Assembly (NCBI GenBank): GCA_963693365.1
Contig: CAVNZM010000012.1
Span: forward strand, 5,592,889 to 5,656,888
DNA length: 64,000 nt
Direction of reading: 5' to 3'
Origin: Amoebidium appalachense
Lineage: Eukaryota; Protista; Ichthyosporea
Part shown: piece by piece, positions 29,961-43,199 of the stretch
How the letters are laid out: each line of letters opens with the position of its first letter
Numbering within the stretch: position 1 is the stretch's first letter
Program-made: the position numbers and the translations under genes
Notes under the pieces: model-generated
Told to the model about the DNA's origin: nothing
What the model saw: only the letters and a program-made list of their open reading frames with translations
Databases searched by the model: none

Positions 29961-31222
29961 TTGCTGCTGCTGTTTGATTTGCTCAATTGCTAGGAGTTCG
30001 GTGAACTGTTCGCCCGATGAAGCCCCATGAATCCATTTTCAGGAAATGAAACGCCCTTACTTGTGGTGCGTGCTTTGAATGGGTACTGGAAGGGGGATTG
30101 ACTCACTGATGGTTCTGGTGGCTTCCTGGTCCCGGTTGGTCTGGTGGAATTGGTGTCGGAGGAGAAACTGGTGTTGCCCGGATTGTGAGTTTCCAATGGA
30201 ATTCGGTTGCAATCGAGGTTGGGATAAACATTCTTGATACACCAAGTAGCGCCGTGCTCATATGGAGGTGTTCTGATTGGGCAAGCCACTTCCGCAGCGT
30301 CGTTATGACATTCATTGGGGGACTCTGCTTCGTTGAATAACTCGGATCACCAACTGCAGACCGTGGTTGAAAGTTTTAAGTTTTCGGACATATACCACCA
30401 TCTCGGGATCGCAGTTGGAAGGGTATCTCGCGCGGGGAGGGGGGGGGGGGGGGGGGGAAGGGGAGGGGTGGGGTTGGGGGGGGGGGGGGGGGGGGGGGGA
30501 ATTCTCCAGGAAACTACTCTTGTGCATTACGGCAATCTGGGGCTGTGAGTTTTCCATAATTTTGGTCTGAGTGTCGATTTCGTCGCTTTTTTCCAGTTCT
30601 TGCTGCAAAATCCTAACACTAACATGATTTTCTTCGTGCTCAATCTTTTTTATAATAAATTTTATTTTGATCGGGCCATCAGAACCCGCTCAATCACACC
30701 ATTAAATACATGCCAGTGCTTTGCCAGGACCAAGCGCCAGCCAGTCAAGCGCTTACGCCGTTTGCCATTGTATGGTTTGCCCGGCGGAACCTCTGCCCAA
30801 GTTCGCCTAGGCTGCCCGCACCCTCTTTCTAAACGCATGACACATTTAGTATGTTTGGGCATTCACCGGCCATCTTGCACAATTCCCAGGGCGGCAAGTG
30901 ACTATTTTCAGGTCTGTTCGCAAATTATGTCAACGTTTTGATTGCCTCAGTTTTCGTACCGTGACGGTTGCCTCATGCACTCGGGTTTCCCTTCTAATTT
31001 ACTGTTTTTCTTTCACTTCTGAGATTTGAAAACGTGCGCTCGCCTGTCCCCATGATCGATCAAGGCTTGTCACAGTGGCTTTGTGTGACCTAGCCGCAGC
31101 TGTAAGATATTTGTAGTGCATACCGCGCCTGGCCATCAGATTGTCAGTGAGCATTTGATCTGCTGCGGCAATGATCTCTGGACCATTTTGGATGGCCCAG
31201 ATAGGACTTGCCAAGTTGTTGT

Positions 31223-31403
31223 CTGTAAACAGTTGAACTAGTTGGGATAAGGCAGAGAACAACTGAATCAGAATAAAGACAGAGAACGGGTAGTAAGGCA
31301 CACGCGGCCAGCCTGAGGTTACTATTTAATGTGCTCGTTCAGAGTGATCCCCCGTACTGGCGGCAGTGGGACGGCTTGTTTATATAGCCCCCAGGTTCCG
31401 GAT
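31223..31403. repeat. Dispersed repeat, copy 1 (diverged copy at 41021-41210)
   Basis: Shared CTGTAAACAGTTGAACT-GTTGGGATAAGGC...AAGGCACAC and GTGATCCCCCGTACT...TATATAGCCC. Confidence 0.75.
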
Positions 31404-32508
31404 CATTTGGATGGGTGGCATTGATGCCTTCGTGACTTCTGACCAGTCAGAAGTTGCGGTCGTCTTTATGTGCACACAGTGCAAAAATAACATGAAGCTA
31501 ACTAAAAGGATAACTTTGTGGCAAATGATTGGTCAACACTTAAGCCCGTTTAGGTTTATACAACTGGGTCTGATTTCCCTATTGGTTCCGTTCGTTTAGC
31601 TACAGATGTTGCCTTCGTAGTGGGTGAGACTTGCATTCCTATCCTAGCGGTTCTCGAATTCCTATTGGTTCGTACTGACTGCACGGCCACTGCATGTTGC
31701 CGGCGCCGCGGCTCAGTCGTGAACCGCAGCCCGCGGCTGTCGCGTATGATATTGATCTGATCATATGTACACAATATCTACGTGATCACTATGATATGTA
31801 CAGTATATTCGTAATAGTAAACATGTACGGCGTGTACAGATGTTTACATGTCTGTATATCGATTTGAGTGATTCTCGAACAGTTTTTTCCGTGTCTGTTT
31901 GCAATACCGACGGCGTGTTGCTGCATTGGTTATTGGCGTACGTGTAGCCTATAATGGGGAAGGGGGGGAGGGGGAGGAGGTTTTCCGCTGTGCGTGGATC
32001 CTGATTGAAACTGCAGAGGGGGATTTATTTGATTGTACTGTACTCTGAATCATATCATTGCAGTAGTGTTGGGTGGAAGAATTGGTTTGTTGTGCGATTG
32101 CCAATTCAAAAATGGGCTAGGTCCATTTGATGCATTTCTGTATAAGGCGGGCCCCGGTGCCCTTTTTTGAACAACTTGCAAGAGTTGATGTTAACATTAT
32201 GTGCCTGCGGTGTGTCGCAGGTAAAGCAGAGCGTGGCAGAACAGGATGAGTAAGTGTGTGTGACGTGTGAGAGAGCTCGATAGTGTAGCAACGGCAGCTG
32301 TTAGAATAGCAAACAACAAAAAACAATTGAATGTAACCCCCAATGGTAAATCTGAATCACAGCGGCCAATCAGCTTCCAAATATTCGTGCAAAGAGCATT
32401 ACATGGATACTAGTAGTGTTATCAGATTCGTGCTGAAATTCATTGGGACATGGATCTTGGATGCTTTATTTGGAATCTGGTTAATGATCCTCCGATAGGC
32501 TGTCGCAT

Positions 32509-32859
32509 AGGTTTTATTTGTGGAATCTATTGACTTAAATATTTTTCTGGGTAAACACGTAGGATGGGTGTCCGGTATCAACATAACCATGTAGGCTTCG
32601 TTTCGTATTTTAAGCAGTTCGCGGTTGGCTGCCCGCACACGGGCACCTATTAGCCAAAATCAAAACGTCAGATTCCACAGATCACTAGACCGAGTTTGAT
32701 TGGCTCAGGATCATATTTCACATAACACTAGATCGATTTTGATTGGCTCAGATCGGTAGGCTTAGGTATATAAGCACGACAGTTTTTAGCAGATCAGCAA
32801 GCTACAAACACATCTTCTGTGTTTAGCACCTACAGCCTTACAGCTATATTTTCTTTTCA
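32509..32859 (+). repeat. Left direct repeat of family-1 YR element, promoter-like
   Basis: Matches 36755-37105. Contains TTTGATTGGCTCAG twice (reverse CCAAT) and a TATATAAG box upstream of gag. Confidence 0.92.
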
Positions 32860-32889
32860 TTCTCCCTATATTTCCCTACGCCGGTCAGC

Positions 32890-34033
32890 ATGCCGCCGAA
32901 AAAGCGCCAGGCCTCAGCCACCGCCCCTGCCGCGGCACCTAAGCGCCTGACCTGCAGCGACCTCCGCCACAGGCTGACCAACGCTCCCGCAGGCACTGAC
33001 GCGCCTCCGGAGGCCCATACCACCACGGACCCTCCGGCTACTCTCCCCTGTACTCCTGAAGTCCCTCCTCAGGCCCCGCCGTCCCCGCCAATGACTTCTC
33101 AGGACGCCGTCCTTGCCGCCCTCACCGCCCTCAGCACCCAGATGGCCGGCGACCTGGCCGCTCTCACCAACCGCGACCCTCCCGCGCCCCCAGCCGCCCC
33201 CTCCGCACCTGGGGAGGTTTCCCCGGGGCTGCATCTCGGCCCTGACCTGGACCTACCTGCCCTGCCCGCGCCCCCCATTACAGGTGAGAACACTGGCGAC
33301 ATTCAGCCAGGCACACTGCCGCTTCCCCCCGCGGATGTGCTGGCAGATTTGCGCGCCAATCGCTTCGTCGACCAGTATAAGTTCACCCCTGGCCCCATCT
33401 AAGAAAGGTCAGCAGCTGCGCATGGCCGACGACGGCAGCATCGAGACTTTTCGCAATGACAAACCCGTTCCCCTGCGTTCCCTTGTCATTTGGATCCAAG
33501 CTTGGACCCATTACATGGCCGCCAAGCATCACCTCGACCTCCCCACGGACAAGGACGTACTTTGGACTCAGCACATCACTCGCCTCAGCACCCGATACCC
33601 GTGGGCCCAGATCCACAACTACGACGTGTACGCCCGTACAGTTGCCCACCAGCAGGATCGGGCTCCGATCGATTGTCCCAACCTGCTCGCCCAACTCCAC
33701 CAAGATCTCCTCCTGCCACCCACTCTGCTCATCCCGGACGCATGTCAGCGCTGCGGCTTCCCCGGCCACCCCAGCGCGGCCTGCCCCATGTACCCCAAGC
33801 CCGGCTGTGGTCTTGATGGCTTCAACCTGCCCCACAAGCCCGGCGGGGGACAAACCCCCAACCGCCCTGGCCCGCAACCCGGCACGGCAAAACCGGCCCA
33901 ACCCGTGGATCTACCCGCGACGCACTGCAGGAATTTCCACATTAACAGTCGGTCCTGCGCTAAGCAGCCCTGCCCCTTCTCCCACGTGTGCCCGCTCTGC
34001 TCTGGCACACACCCCCGCAAAGACTGCAATTAA
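32890..34033 (+). pseudogene. Gag-like ORF of family-1 YR element (frameshift ~33390)
   Basis: WIQAWTHY...YPWAQIHNYDVYAR, plus zinc knuckles CQRCGFPGHPSAAC and CRNF...CPFSHVCPLCSGTHPRKDC. Confidence 0.8.
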
Positions 34034-34199
34034 ATTGCCTAGTCTACGCGCACACCCACACACACAGATAGAACATAGGGGCTAGGAGCTAGGATACACG
34101 GGTACAAGGAAACGGAGCTCAGGAAAACGGGCCACTAGGGCTGAGTACAAATTTTCGCAGGCCAACCACGGCGCCCGCGCGCGCCAAGAATAAATGTCC

Positions 34200-35572
34200 C
34201 TACACCAAGACGTTATTCTGGCCACTGCACATAATTTTACTCCCCCGTTACTAAAAAAGGGAACCCCCCCAAGTACCGTTGAATCCACCACCTCTCATGG
34301 CCCCGGGGCAGCAGCGTCAATGACAGCATCACCTACCCCGACGAACTTCAGTACATTCGAGCCCGGGACGTCACCCAGCTCATTCTCGACGCAGGCCCCG
34401 GCTGCTACATGGCCGTGGCAGACGTGCAGGCTGCCTTCCAGCACATGCCCATCCGACCAGAAGACCATCACTTAATGGCATTCAAATGGCAGGGGCATTT
34501 TTACGTTGACACCAGACTGCCCTTCGGCCTGAAATCTAGCCCAGCCATCTGGGAACGGATCGCGGCCACCCTCCAGTGGCTGGCACACCAGCACGGTGTT
34601 ACCCTCATCCGTCACTACGTAGACAACTGGATTATAGTCGCCCCCACCCAAGAGCAGTGCCAACGACACCTATCCACCTTCCTACAACTCTGCCGAGAGC
34701 TGCACATTGCCATCTCCGAAGACAAGATGCAGGGCCCGGCTACCCGTATCGTCTTTATCAGTATCCAATTCGACTCTGTCGCGACGGAGGCACGGATCCC
34801 TGCTTCCAAACTCTCGGACCTACTCGACCTCACTTCCCACCCAAAACCCACCATCACCATCCGGCGGGACCTGCAATCCCTCCTCGGCAAACTCACCTGG
34901 TGTGCCCAGCTGGTTCCCCCCGGGAGGGCCTTTTCCCAGCGCCTATGGGCCCTTCTCCGGACCCACCCACACCTTGCCGGCCACCACCACATACGGCTGA
35001 CTGCTGCCGCCCGGGGCAGACATAGCCGAATGGCACCAGTTCCTCACATCATGGAATGGGGTGCACCTCATCACACCCCCAACATACACCACTGCCTGGC
35101 CACCGATGCTGCCGGATCAGTGGGTCTAGGGGGCCACTGGCTCGACCAATGGTTTTTCATGCCCTGGTCTCCCTCCACCCAAGCCCTCTATGCTCATGAG
35201 GGTAAACTCGGTTCTTCCGTCATCGAACTCCTGGCCATCGCAGCCGCCGTGGCCCTCTGGGCCCCCTCCTGGTCCACCCACCATGTCCGTATTTTATGCG
35301 ACAACACGGGTGCTGTGTCTGACCTGCACTCCCGGTCTTCCCCCGGGCCCCACCCCGTGATGGCCAAACTTATTCGGTTCATCACCCGCATGGAAATGAA
35401 ATACCAATTTACGTTACAGGCCTCCTACCTACCGGGACCTCTCAACCATCTAGCCGATGCCATTTCTCGTAACCAACTTCCCTGGGCCCGACGACTCCGA
35501 CCTTCCCTGCAACCGGAGCCCTGCCCCTTCCCCTCCTGGGTCCACGAGTTCCTATCCCTTCCCCTGGGCTAA
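34200..35572 (+). pseudogene. Reverse transcriptase/RNase H of family-1 YR element (in-frame stops upstream; YVDN instead of YxDD)
   Basis: HHLSWPRGSSVND, ADVQAAF, YVDTRLPFGLKSSPAIW, HYVDNWII; RNase H TDAAGSVGLGG, IELLAI, CDN, NHLADAISR. Confidence 0.88.
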
Positions 35573-35616
35573 CCCCCCCCCCCCCAGATCTCCCCTTCCG
35601 GAGCAACGCTGGCAGA

Positions 35617-36637
35617 TTGGCCCCCCACTTTGCTCCGGCCGAGCTGCTTCGAGCCGCCACTACCCTGCAGGAATGCCAGGCCCTGAGTCTCCACCTCGAC
35701 TCTCGGGCCTTTTACTCCCGGGTGCAAAAAGTGTTCATCCATTTTTGTGTGGCATCTCGGCTGCAATCCTCCTCCGGGTCCTACCTCCCGGCCTCCCCAC
35801 ACACCGTGCAGCTCTTTCTCGCCTGGTGTGCCCAACGAGGGGTACAGGCCTCTTCCTTGGCCGGCTACAATTCGGCCATCACCTCGGACTCCACCTCGAC
35901 ATGGGCCTCCCTGCTCCCTACCCCCACGACAAGTCTCTGGCCTGGTTTCTACGAGGGGTGGGCAGATGGCAGCTTTCTCATAACATCCGACCCCGATCAT
36001 CTACCAGGGAGCCCCTCCTGCCCTCCCACCTCAGCCTACTCCATGGCCAGTGCCCCACCACGGCCTCCTCGGCCAATCTCCGGCTATGGACGGCCCTCAT
36101 CGTCGGTTTCTGTGGTCTCCTCCGTTCGGGGGAATTTACCTCCAAGACCCTGACTTCCTTCGACCCGTCCCGTCACGTTAAACGGAAGGACGTGACCTTC
36201 AGCTACACCCCCACCGGTACTTTGTCCCATGCCACCCTCCACCTGCCTACCTCCAAGACGGATGTACAGGCCCGAGGTGTCAACGTCACTCTAGCTGCCC
36301 TGCCCCTCACCCACTTCTCCCCTCGCAGTTCCTGGATACAACGTCCGGTCAACCCGACGACCCCCTGTTCAGTCTCGGTGGCAATCCCTACACCAAGGGT
36401 GCTTTCTCTGCCGACTTCCGTGCCCTCCTCTCCCGGGCGGGCCTCTCACCCTCCCGGTTTGCCGGCCACAGCCTCCGAATAGGGGGGGCCACAGCCCTGG
36501 CTGAGGCCGGGGTCGACGACTCCCGGATCAAACAACTCCGCAGACGGTCCTCCGACTGTTTCCTGATCTATACTCGACTTCGCCCGGCCTCCATTGCTGC
36601 CACTACCACACGTGTATTCGCCTCTATTCTTAAGTGA
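35617..36637 (+). pseudogene. Tyrosine recombinase of family-1 element (frameshifted)
   Basis: FCGLLRSGEF, LHLPTSKTD, GHSLRIGGATALAEAG...SDCFLIY, giving R, K, HxxR and Y catalytic motifs. Confidence 0.88.
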
Positions 36638-36754
36638 AACCTTTGGAGCAAGCATACTGCTCTCGTGCCGTGGTTTACAACCATTGCAGGTTCACTTTCG
36701 TCCAAGGGGATGTCCCCCTAGAGGCAACACACGTCCCGGAGTAGTTTTTCATAG

Positions 36755-37104
36755 AGGTTTTATTTGTGGAATTTATTGACATAAATATTTTTCTGGGTAA
36801 ACACGTAGGATGGGTGTCCAGTATCAACATAACCATGTAGGCTTCGTTTCGTGTTTTAAGCAGTTCGCGGTTGGCTGCCCGCACACGGGCACCTATTAGC
36901 CAAAATCAAAACGTCAGATTCCACAGATCACTAGACCGAGTTTGATTGGCTCAGGATCAGATTTCACATAACACTAGATCGATTTTGATTGGCTCAGATC
37001 AGTAGGCTTAGGTATATAAGCACGACAGTTTTTAGCAGATCAGCAAGCTACAAACACATCTTCTGTGTTTAGCACCTACAGCCTTACAGCTATATTTTCT
37101 TTTC

Positions 37105-37105
<1 letters not shown>
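36755..37105 (+). repeat. Right direct repeat of family-1 YR element, abutting a (GT)n tract
   Basis: Copy of 32509-32859, immediately followed by (GT)n at 37106-37198. Confidence 0.92.
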
Positions 37106-37201
<96 letters not shown>

Positions 37202-37261
37202 TTTCACAGTGTGAGTGAGTGTGTGTGTGTGACAAAGCTCAGGCTGCTTTGATATTATTGT

Positions 37262-37412
37262 AGTATAACCAAGTTCATGTGATGAATTTTTATTGTGTTC
37301 AGTCAAGGGCTACTAGTATTACTTGGCCCCATTTCTAAGTATAACCAAGTTCATGTGATGAATTTTTATTGTGTTCAGTCAAGGGCTACTAGTATTACTT
37401 GGCCCCATTTCT
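37262..37412 (+). repeat. 76-bp tandem duplication
   Basis: AGTATAACCAAGTTCATGTGATGAATTTTT...GGCCCCATTTCT at 37262 and 37338. Confidence 0.9.
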
Positions 37413-37629
37413 TGGTGCAAGTGTTCACAACCACACAGTGGCAAGGCTGGGCCCCACAGTTGGCAATGTGTGGCAGGCGCCATCTTCTCTGTTGTTGACA
37501 TGACATATGACAACTCAGGAAACACGGGTCTGAAAACAAAACACGCAGGCATCTTACTTAGTCAGTCAACGCCATGCCGAGGAGGACAAAACAGAACAGT
37601 TAACGGGTAGAGCCAACCCGCCTATTTAA

Positions 37630-38211
37630 CCCTGAGCCGATCGCCGATGCACTCTTGCATCAGTTCCAAAAATAAATGCATCAGCGACCTTTGAAATTCA
37701 TTAGCGCCTGTTGCTTAAGAGTCAAGAAGCCAGGAATTTTTGCCTAATTTGGTATATGTTTTCTACTTTCGAAAGACACCAAAAACATCGGGGTCGACTA
37801 TGATTTTCTGTTTCTCGTGGGTGTTTTTTCAAACTGTGTCTATATTTTCATCAAGCGGCCCCCAAATTTTCGAAGGCTGGCGGCACAAGGATACCCAGGA
37901 TTCATGGATTCCAACCCTGGAATCGATCGGCTGATAAGTGCTTCGACCCGATTTGCTAAAATTATTATGGGGATTCATATTGCGTAACTCTCTTGAAAGG
38001 AACCCCGCCGCGGGCAGCAAAATAGACACGAATCACGTGTTCATAACACGTGCGGATGCATGGACACACGCCATTTTCTTTTATGGCACACAAAAAACGA
38101 CAACATGTACATGTGTTTGTTGCATTTTTATCCACTAAAACCGCTTCTAAGATTTTTTCTATTTTTCAAATCTGGTCGATTTTGGCTTCCGGGCGATCGA
38201 TCAGCTCGGGG
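37630..38211. mobile_element. piggyBac-like non-autonomous element (MITE)
   Basis: TTAA on both sides (37626-37629, 38212-38215). Terminal inverted repeats CCCTGAGCCGATCG / CCCCGAGCTGATCG (12 of 14 match). No coding capacity recognised. Confidence 0.75.
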
Positions 38212-39317
38212 TTAAGTACAAAGCAGGGCTGTGGGAGGGTCAGGTACTGACACAAAAGGCTTTTCAAGCACACACACGGCTTTCACTGAAGCAAGTCCGA
38301 AGGGCCCCCGCAAACACAGCAAAAAGAGGGATCGAGAAAACTGCGAAGCATATTACACACACGTATTCATAAAACCGAACACACTATGCAAGCATGCAAA
38401 AATGGAACAGGCAGAGACAAACAGAACAGAAGCCCACAGATGATAATCTGGTGCACACACTATTGGCCAAAATCATTAAGGGCGCCAGATCTGTGGGCTC
38501 TGGAGTTATTTGAGCGGTTTCGCTATAAGTAACAGAAGTCCCTGATCCATGGCCAATCACAATCTAGAAATTTACTGGATCAATTTTCGTGGCTCACGGA
38601 TTGCGTAATCATCAGCCTTTGGCCCAATCAGGCAAAACACGAAAATACCCTGAGTTGCCGTTTTTGAGCCGCCGGCATGATTCTCCACGCACAGACTTTG
38701 GTACTTTTCACTAATAAACCCCCCATGAAATTGGCAGATGCGTTTTTTTCACTTATTCAAACCTTTACTCAGAGCCGTTTTGTTCGCCTATGATTCTAAG
38801 GGTATGTCTATGTATTGAATAGCATAGTGCATTAGGGAAGCATAGGTAACACTCGGAGGCGAACAAACCGGCTCTGAGTAAACCTTTATCCTAACGGGAA
38901 ATAGTCTGCCAATTTTCAGGAGGGGTTTACTAGCGAAATATGCCCAAGTCTGCGCGTGGAGGACCAAGCGAAAGTGGACACACAGGAATTGTTTCGTGGT
39001 TTGAGCGATTGGAGCAAATTCACATGTTACATATTCTGGCAAGCCACTCGATCAATGACGTAACGGTTGATTGGTCACCAATCAGATCATTGATTAGCCA
39101 TGATAGCAACCGCACTCACATAGTACGCCAGCCCCACAGATCCGGCGCCTTTAAGAGAAAAAAAGACAGAATAAAGAAAGAAAGGAAAGGAGAAGACTGG
39201 ACATTGTCAAAGAAGGAAACACACAACCATCATGATTAAAAATGTAACCCCACAATGTAACCCCTCTCCCCTCCCCCCAACATCCCCCCCCCCCCCCCCC
39301 CCGCTGCCCCCCCTTAC

Positions 39318-40488
<1,171 letters not shown>

Positions 40489-40735
40489 GCTTCCCCTCCC
40501 CTCTCCCCACCCCACTTCCAATTTGGTCTCTGAGAATTAAGATGGATCTTCCACGAGAAGACCAACTTTGTTTTTTGTATTTCCGAACTCTTTCAACCTC
40601 TCAAACAAACATATATTTCAACAAAAGCCTTCAGTTTTGTTTATTGAACGGTACCATTTGTTTGTTAGTAACGCGCGACCAGAAAAAGTTTTATTAAATA
40701 CATGTGTTTTTTGAGAAGCTACGACCAAAGAACCT

Positions 40736-40795
40736 TTCTTATGCCAACATCGCCTTTACCAGCCCCAACACGGGGATACGTGAGGTGGTGCCTGC
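40736..40795 (-). repeat. Diverged B-type terminus related to the family-2 YR element
   Basis: TTCTTATGCCAACATCGCCTTTACCAGCCCCAACACGGGGATAC versus family-2 TTCTTATGCCAACGTCGTCTTTACCAGCCCCAGCAAGGGGATAC. Confidence 0.75.
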
Positions 40796-42296
40796 TGACC
40801 CTATAGAGATCAGTGTTGATTGCGCAAACGCATCATCTGCAGCATAGCTGATCGAGCGGTGCAGCTGCTGCAGAAAACAAAAGAGAAGGAACATTACACC
40901 AAGTACTTAGTTCACGTAGCGCTTAGGGGCATGATAAGGATAAGTTCTTAATACAAACAGTTTGCGGCTTTGCTTTTTGACCGGATGCTCTTCCTCTAAA
41001 GTGCCCCTTCGACCGTGTTGCTGTAAACAGTTGAACTGGTTGGGATAAGGCGGAGTACAACTGAATCAAAATAAAGACAGAACGGGTGGAAAGGCACACA
41101 CGGCCTGGTTGCTTTTACTATGGGCTGACTGACCCGACTCAGCCTGTCTTCACTGATCAGTGATCCCCCGTACTAGGACGGCTTTGTTATATAGCCCTCA
41201 GGTTTCGGATAAAGACCCAAAATAAGTTTATCTGCGGCCAGCGCTGGTGAAACATGCCACGTGATTGTGGTGCGGTCCGAGCCAGTCAGACCTGAGTCCT
41301 GCTTATACAAACCTCTTATTGGTCCACTTTGTTTATGTGTTATGCAGCGGTAGAACCATGTATGGTTTACTTTTTAGGTGGCAGAGTGATTCCTATGGGT
41401 GCAGACATAATATTTATGTGAATTATTATTCCTGACAAAGCACGAATCATGTGCTAACTACATCACATTCCTTAGTAAACATGTACAGTTCTTGTGTACA
41501 GTTGTTTACAGTTACCGTAGTAGGCTACACATGTAGGATGCTCGAGCACAAGCCTCCCGCAGCTGCAGTAAGTGTGCTGCAGCAAGTGAAACACCCGTCA
41601 CCGTAGTGCTGTGACCACAACATGCAGCACCACTAGACAACATGCAGTGGGTCTAAAGGCATGGGGTCCTACATCTAGGAGCTTCAGAGGGCGGTTATAA
41701 TAGGAAGCGGGCTAGAAGGAGAACAGTGCTGGATACTATAAGCGGAGGTGGAAGGGAAGGCCCTTGCAGTCCAAACGTTATCTCGGTAGTTATCGTTGTT
41801 GGTCCGCAACACTGTACTCTTACGGGAAGATGCCAACCCGAGTTACTCGAAAGTGCAAGCAGTGAGTCTAAGCGTTTTCGAGGCTCTGTTTCTTTGTTTC
41901 TTAAGGGTATGTGTGTGTGTGAGCGTACATCTTGGTTATGGCCTGTTCGTGTGAAGTTCACACAAGTATGCATATTTCTTCCTAATCCTGCTGACGCTTT
42001 TGCCAAGATGTGAATGCTTTACGCTGATGTCGAGTTATAGCGTTTGCATCGTTTGAATTTTGGCCCAGTATGAGTTTTCCCACGCCAAGTGTCGCCTTGA
42101 GATCCCGTTTGGTGTGCTGGTGTCGCCCATGCCTAGGTTGGTGCGTGTGTGCTGCGGATGTGTCTTTGCGTGTGCGTGTGCGTGTGTGTGTACTTATGCG
42201 TGTGCATGCGTGCGTGCATGCGTGTGCTTGTGTGTGTGCGTGTGCATGTGTGTGTAAACAGTTTGTATGTGTGCGTTTTGAGTGTGTGCATGTGTG

Positions 42297-42339
<43 letters not shown>

Positions 42340-42343
42340 TATG

Positions 42344-42379
<36 letters not shown>

Positions 42380-42508
42380 TGTGTGTGTGTTTGGTTTTGT
42401 ATTTGTGTGTGTGTGTGCGCGCGGCGCGCGCGCTGGCGCACGCCTGTAGTTCATGCGACCAAGTGCATTGTGCGCGTGTGGGGCCAGGAACGCAACAGTG
42501 TGTGATAG

Positions 42509-43199
42509 AATATTTAGTTTGTAAACGTGTTTTCTTTGCAGGAGAATAAGATAGCCCCGTTGGAGTGAAAATGTGTGTTGCGAGTGTGCTGTAAACTTCG
42601 TATTCGTAGCATGTTGTAGGCCTTGGTGTGTTTGATGTGTGTGCAAAGTTTCAGGCTGCTAGCATTTTTATTTAGGGAGCTGAAGCTGTTTTTATGTTCT
42701 GTGGGATATGCCATATGGATATATTGATGAGTTTGAATTATATCTAGTCCGAAATCGGCGGCAATTGATTTGGTCTTTGTGATCTAGGGGTTTTAGCCAC
42801 TTGTGAAATTTTTTCATTGGTTGATGTGCAGCAAAAATTCCATTTTGGTAGATTTCATGGATTTGATAGGTTCTAAGTCATTTCTTCATATTTCCATAGG
42901 CAAAAATGTGGGCCGCGCTATATAATGAGCTTGCGCGGCCCCAGGGATGTCAGTTGCGGCGCTACTGAGCGCGTTTAGGTCTCTTTAGGCCCAATTTTTT
43001 AGCTAAGTTTTTGCCCACCCACCACGCCCTTTGCCTATTTAGGCACTAGGCTACGTTTTTGAGCATGTTTCTGTATGAAATATGTCATTAATTTCATTGC
43101 TCTGTGGAGCACACCTGTGCCTGCTTGTGAGATTGATCCACAGGCACCGGCTCATGTATCCCCTTGCTGGGGCTGGTAAAGACGACGTTGGCATAAGAA
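42509..43199 (+). mobile_element. Solo non-coding A-C-B unit (~690 bp) of family 2
   Basis: Starts AATATTTAGTTTGTAAACG and ends GACGTTGGCATAAGAA. Flanks join as GATAGAA|AGGTC. Confidence 0.9.

Larger units (their letters stand above)
32509..37105 (+). mobile_element. Defective DIRS/Ngaro-type tyrosine-recombinase retrotransposon (family 1) bounded by 351-bp direct repeats
   Basis: gag - RT/RNaseH - YR order between near-identical repeats 32509-32859 and 36755-37105. Confidence 0.9.

Noticed and set aside
37262-37412. C/D-box snoRNA pair (GTGATGA box C)
   Set aside because: No terminal CTGA D box or recognisable rRNA guide; a simple tandem duplication is more likely.
41760-41905. Possible degenerate piggyBac C-terminal Cys-rich domain (RCWS...RVTRKCKQ...LCF)
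   Set aside because: Too short and interrupted by stops to support without an HMM search.
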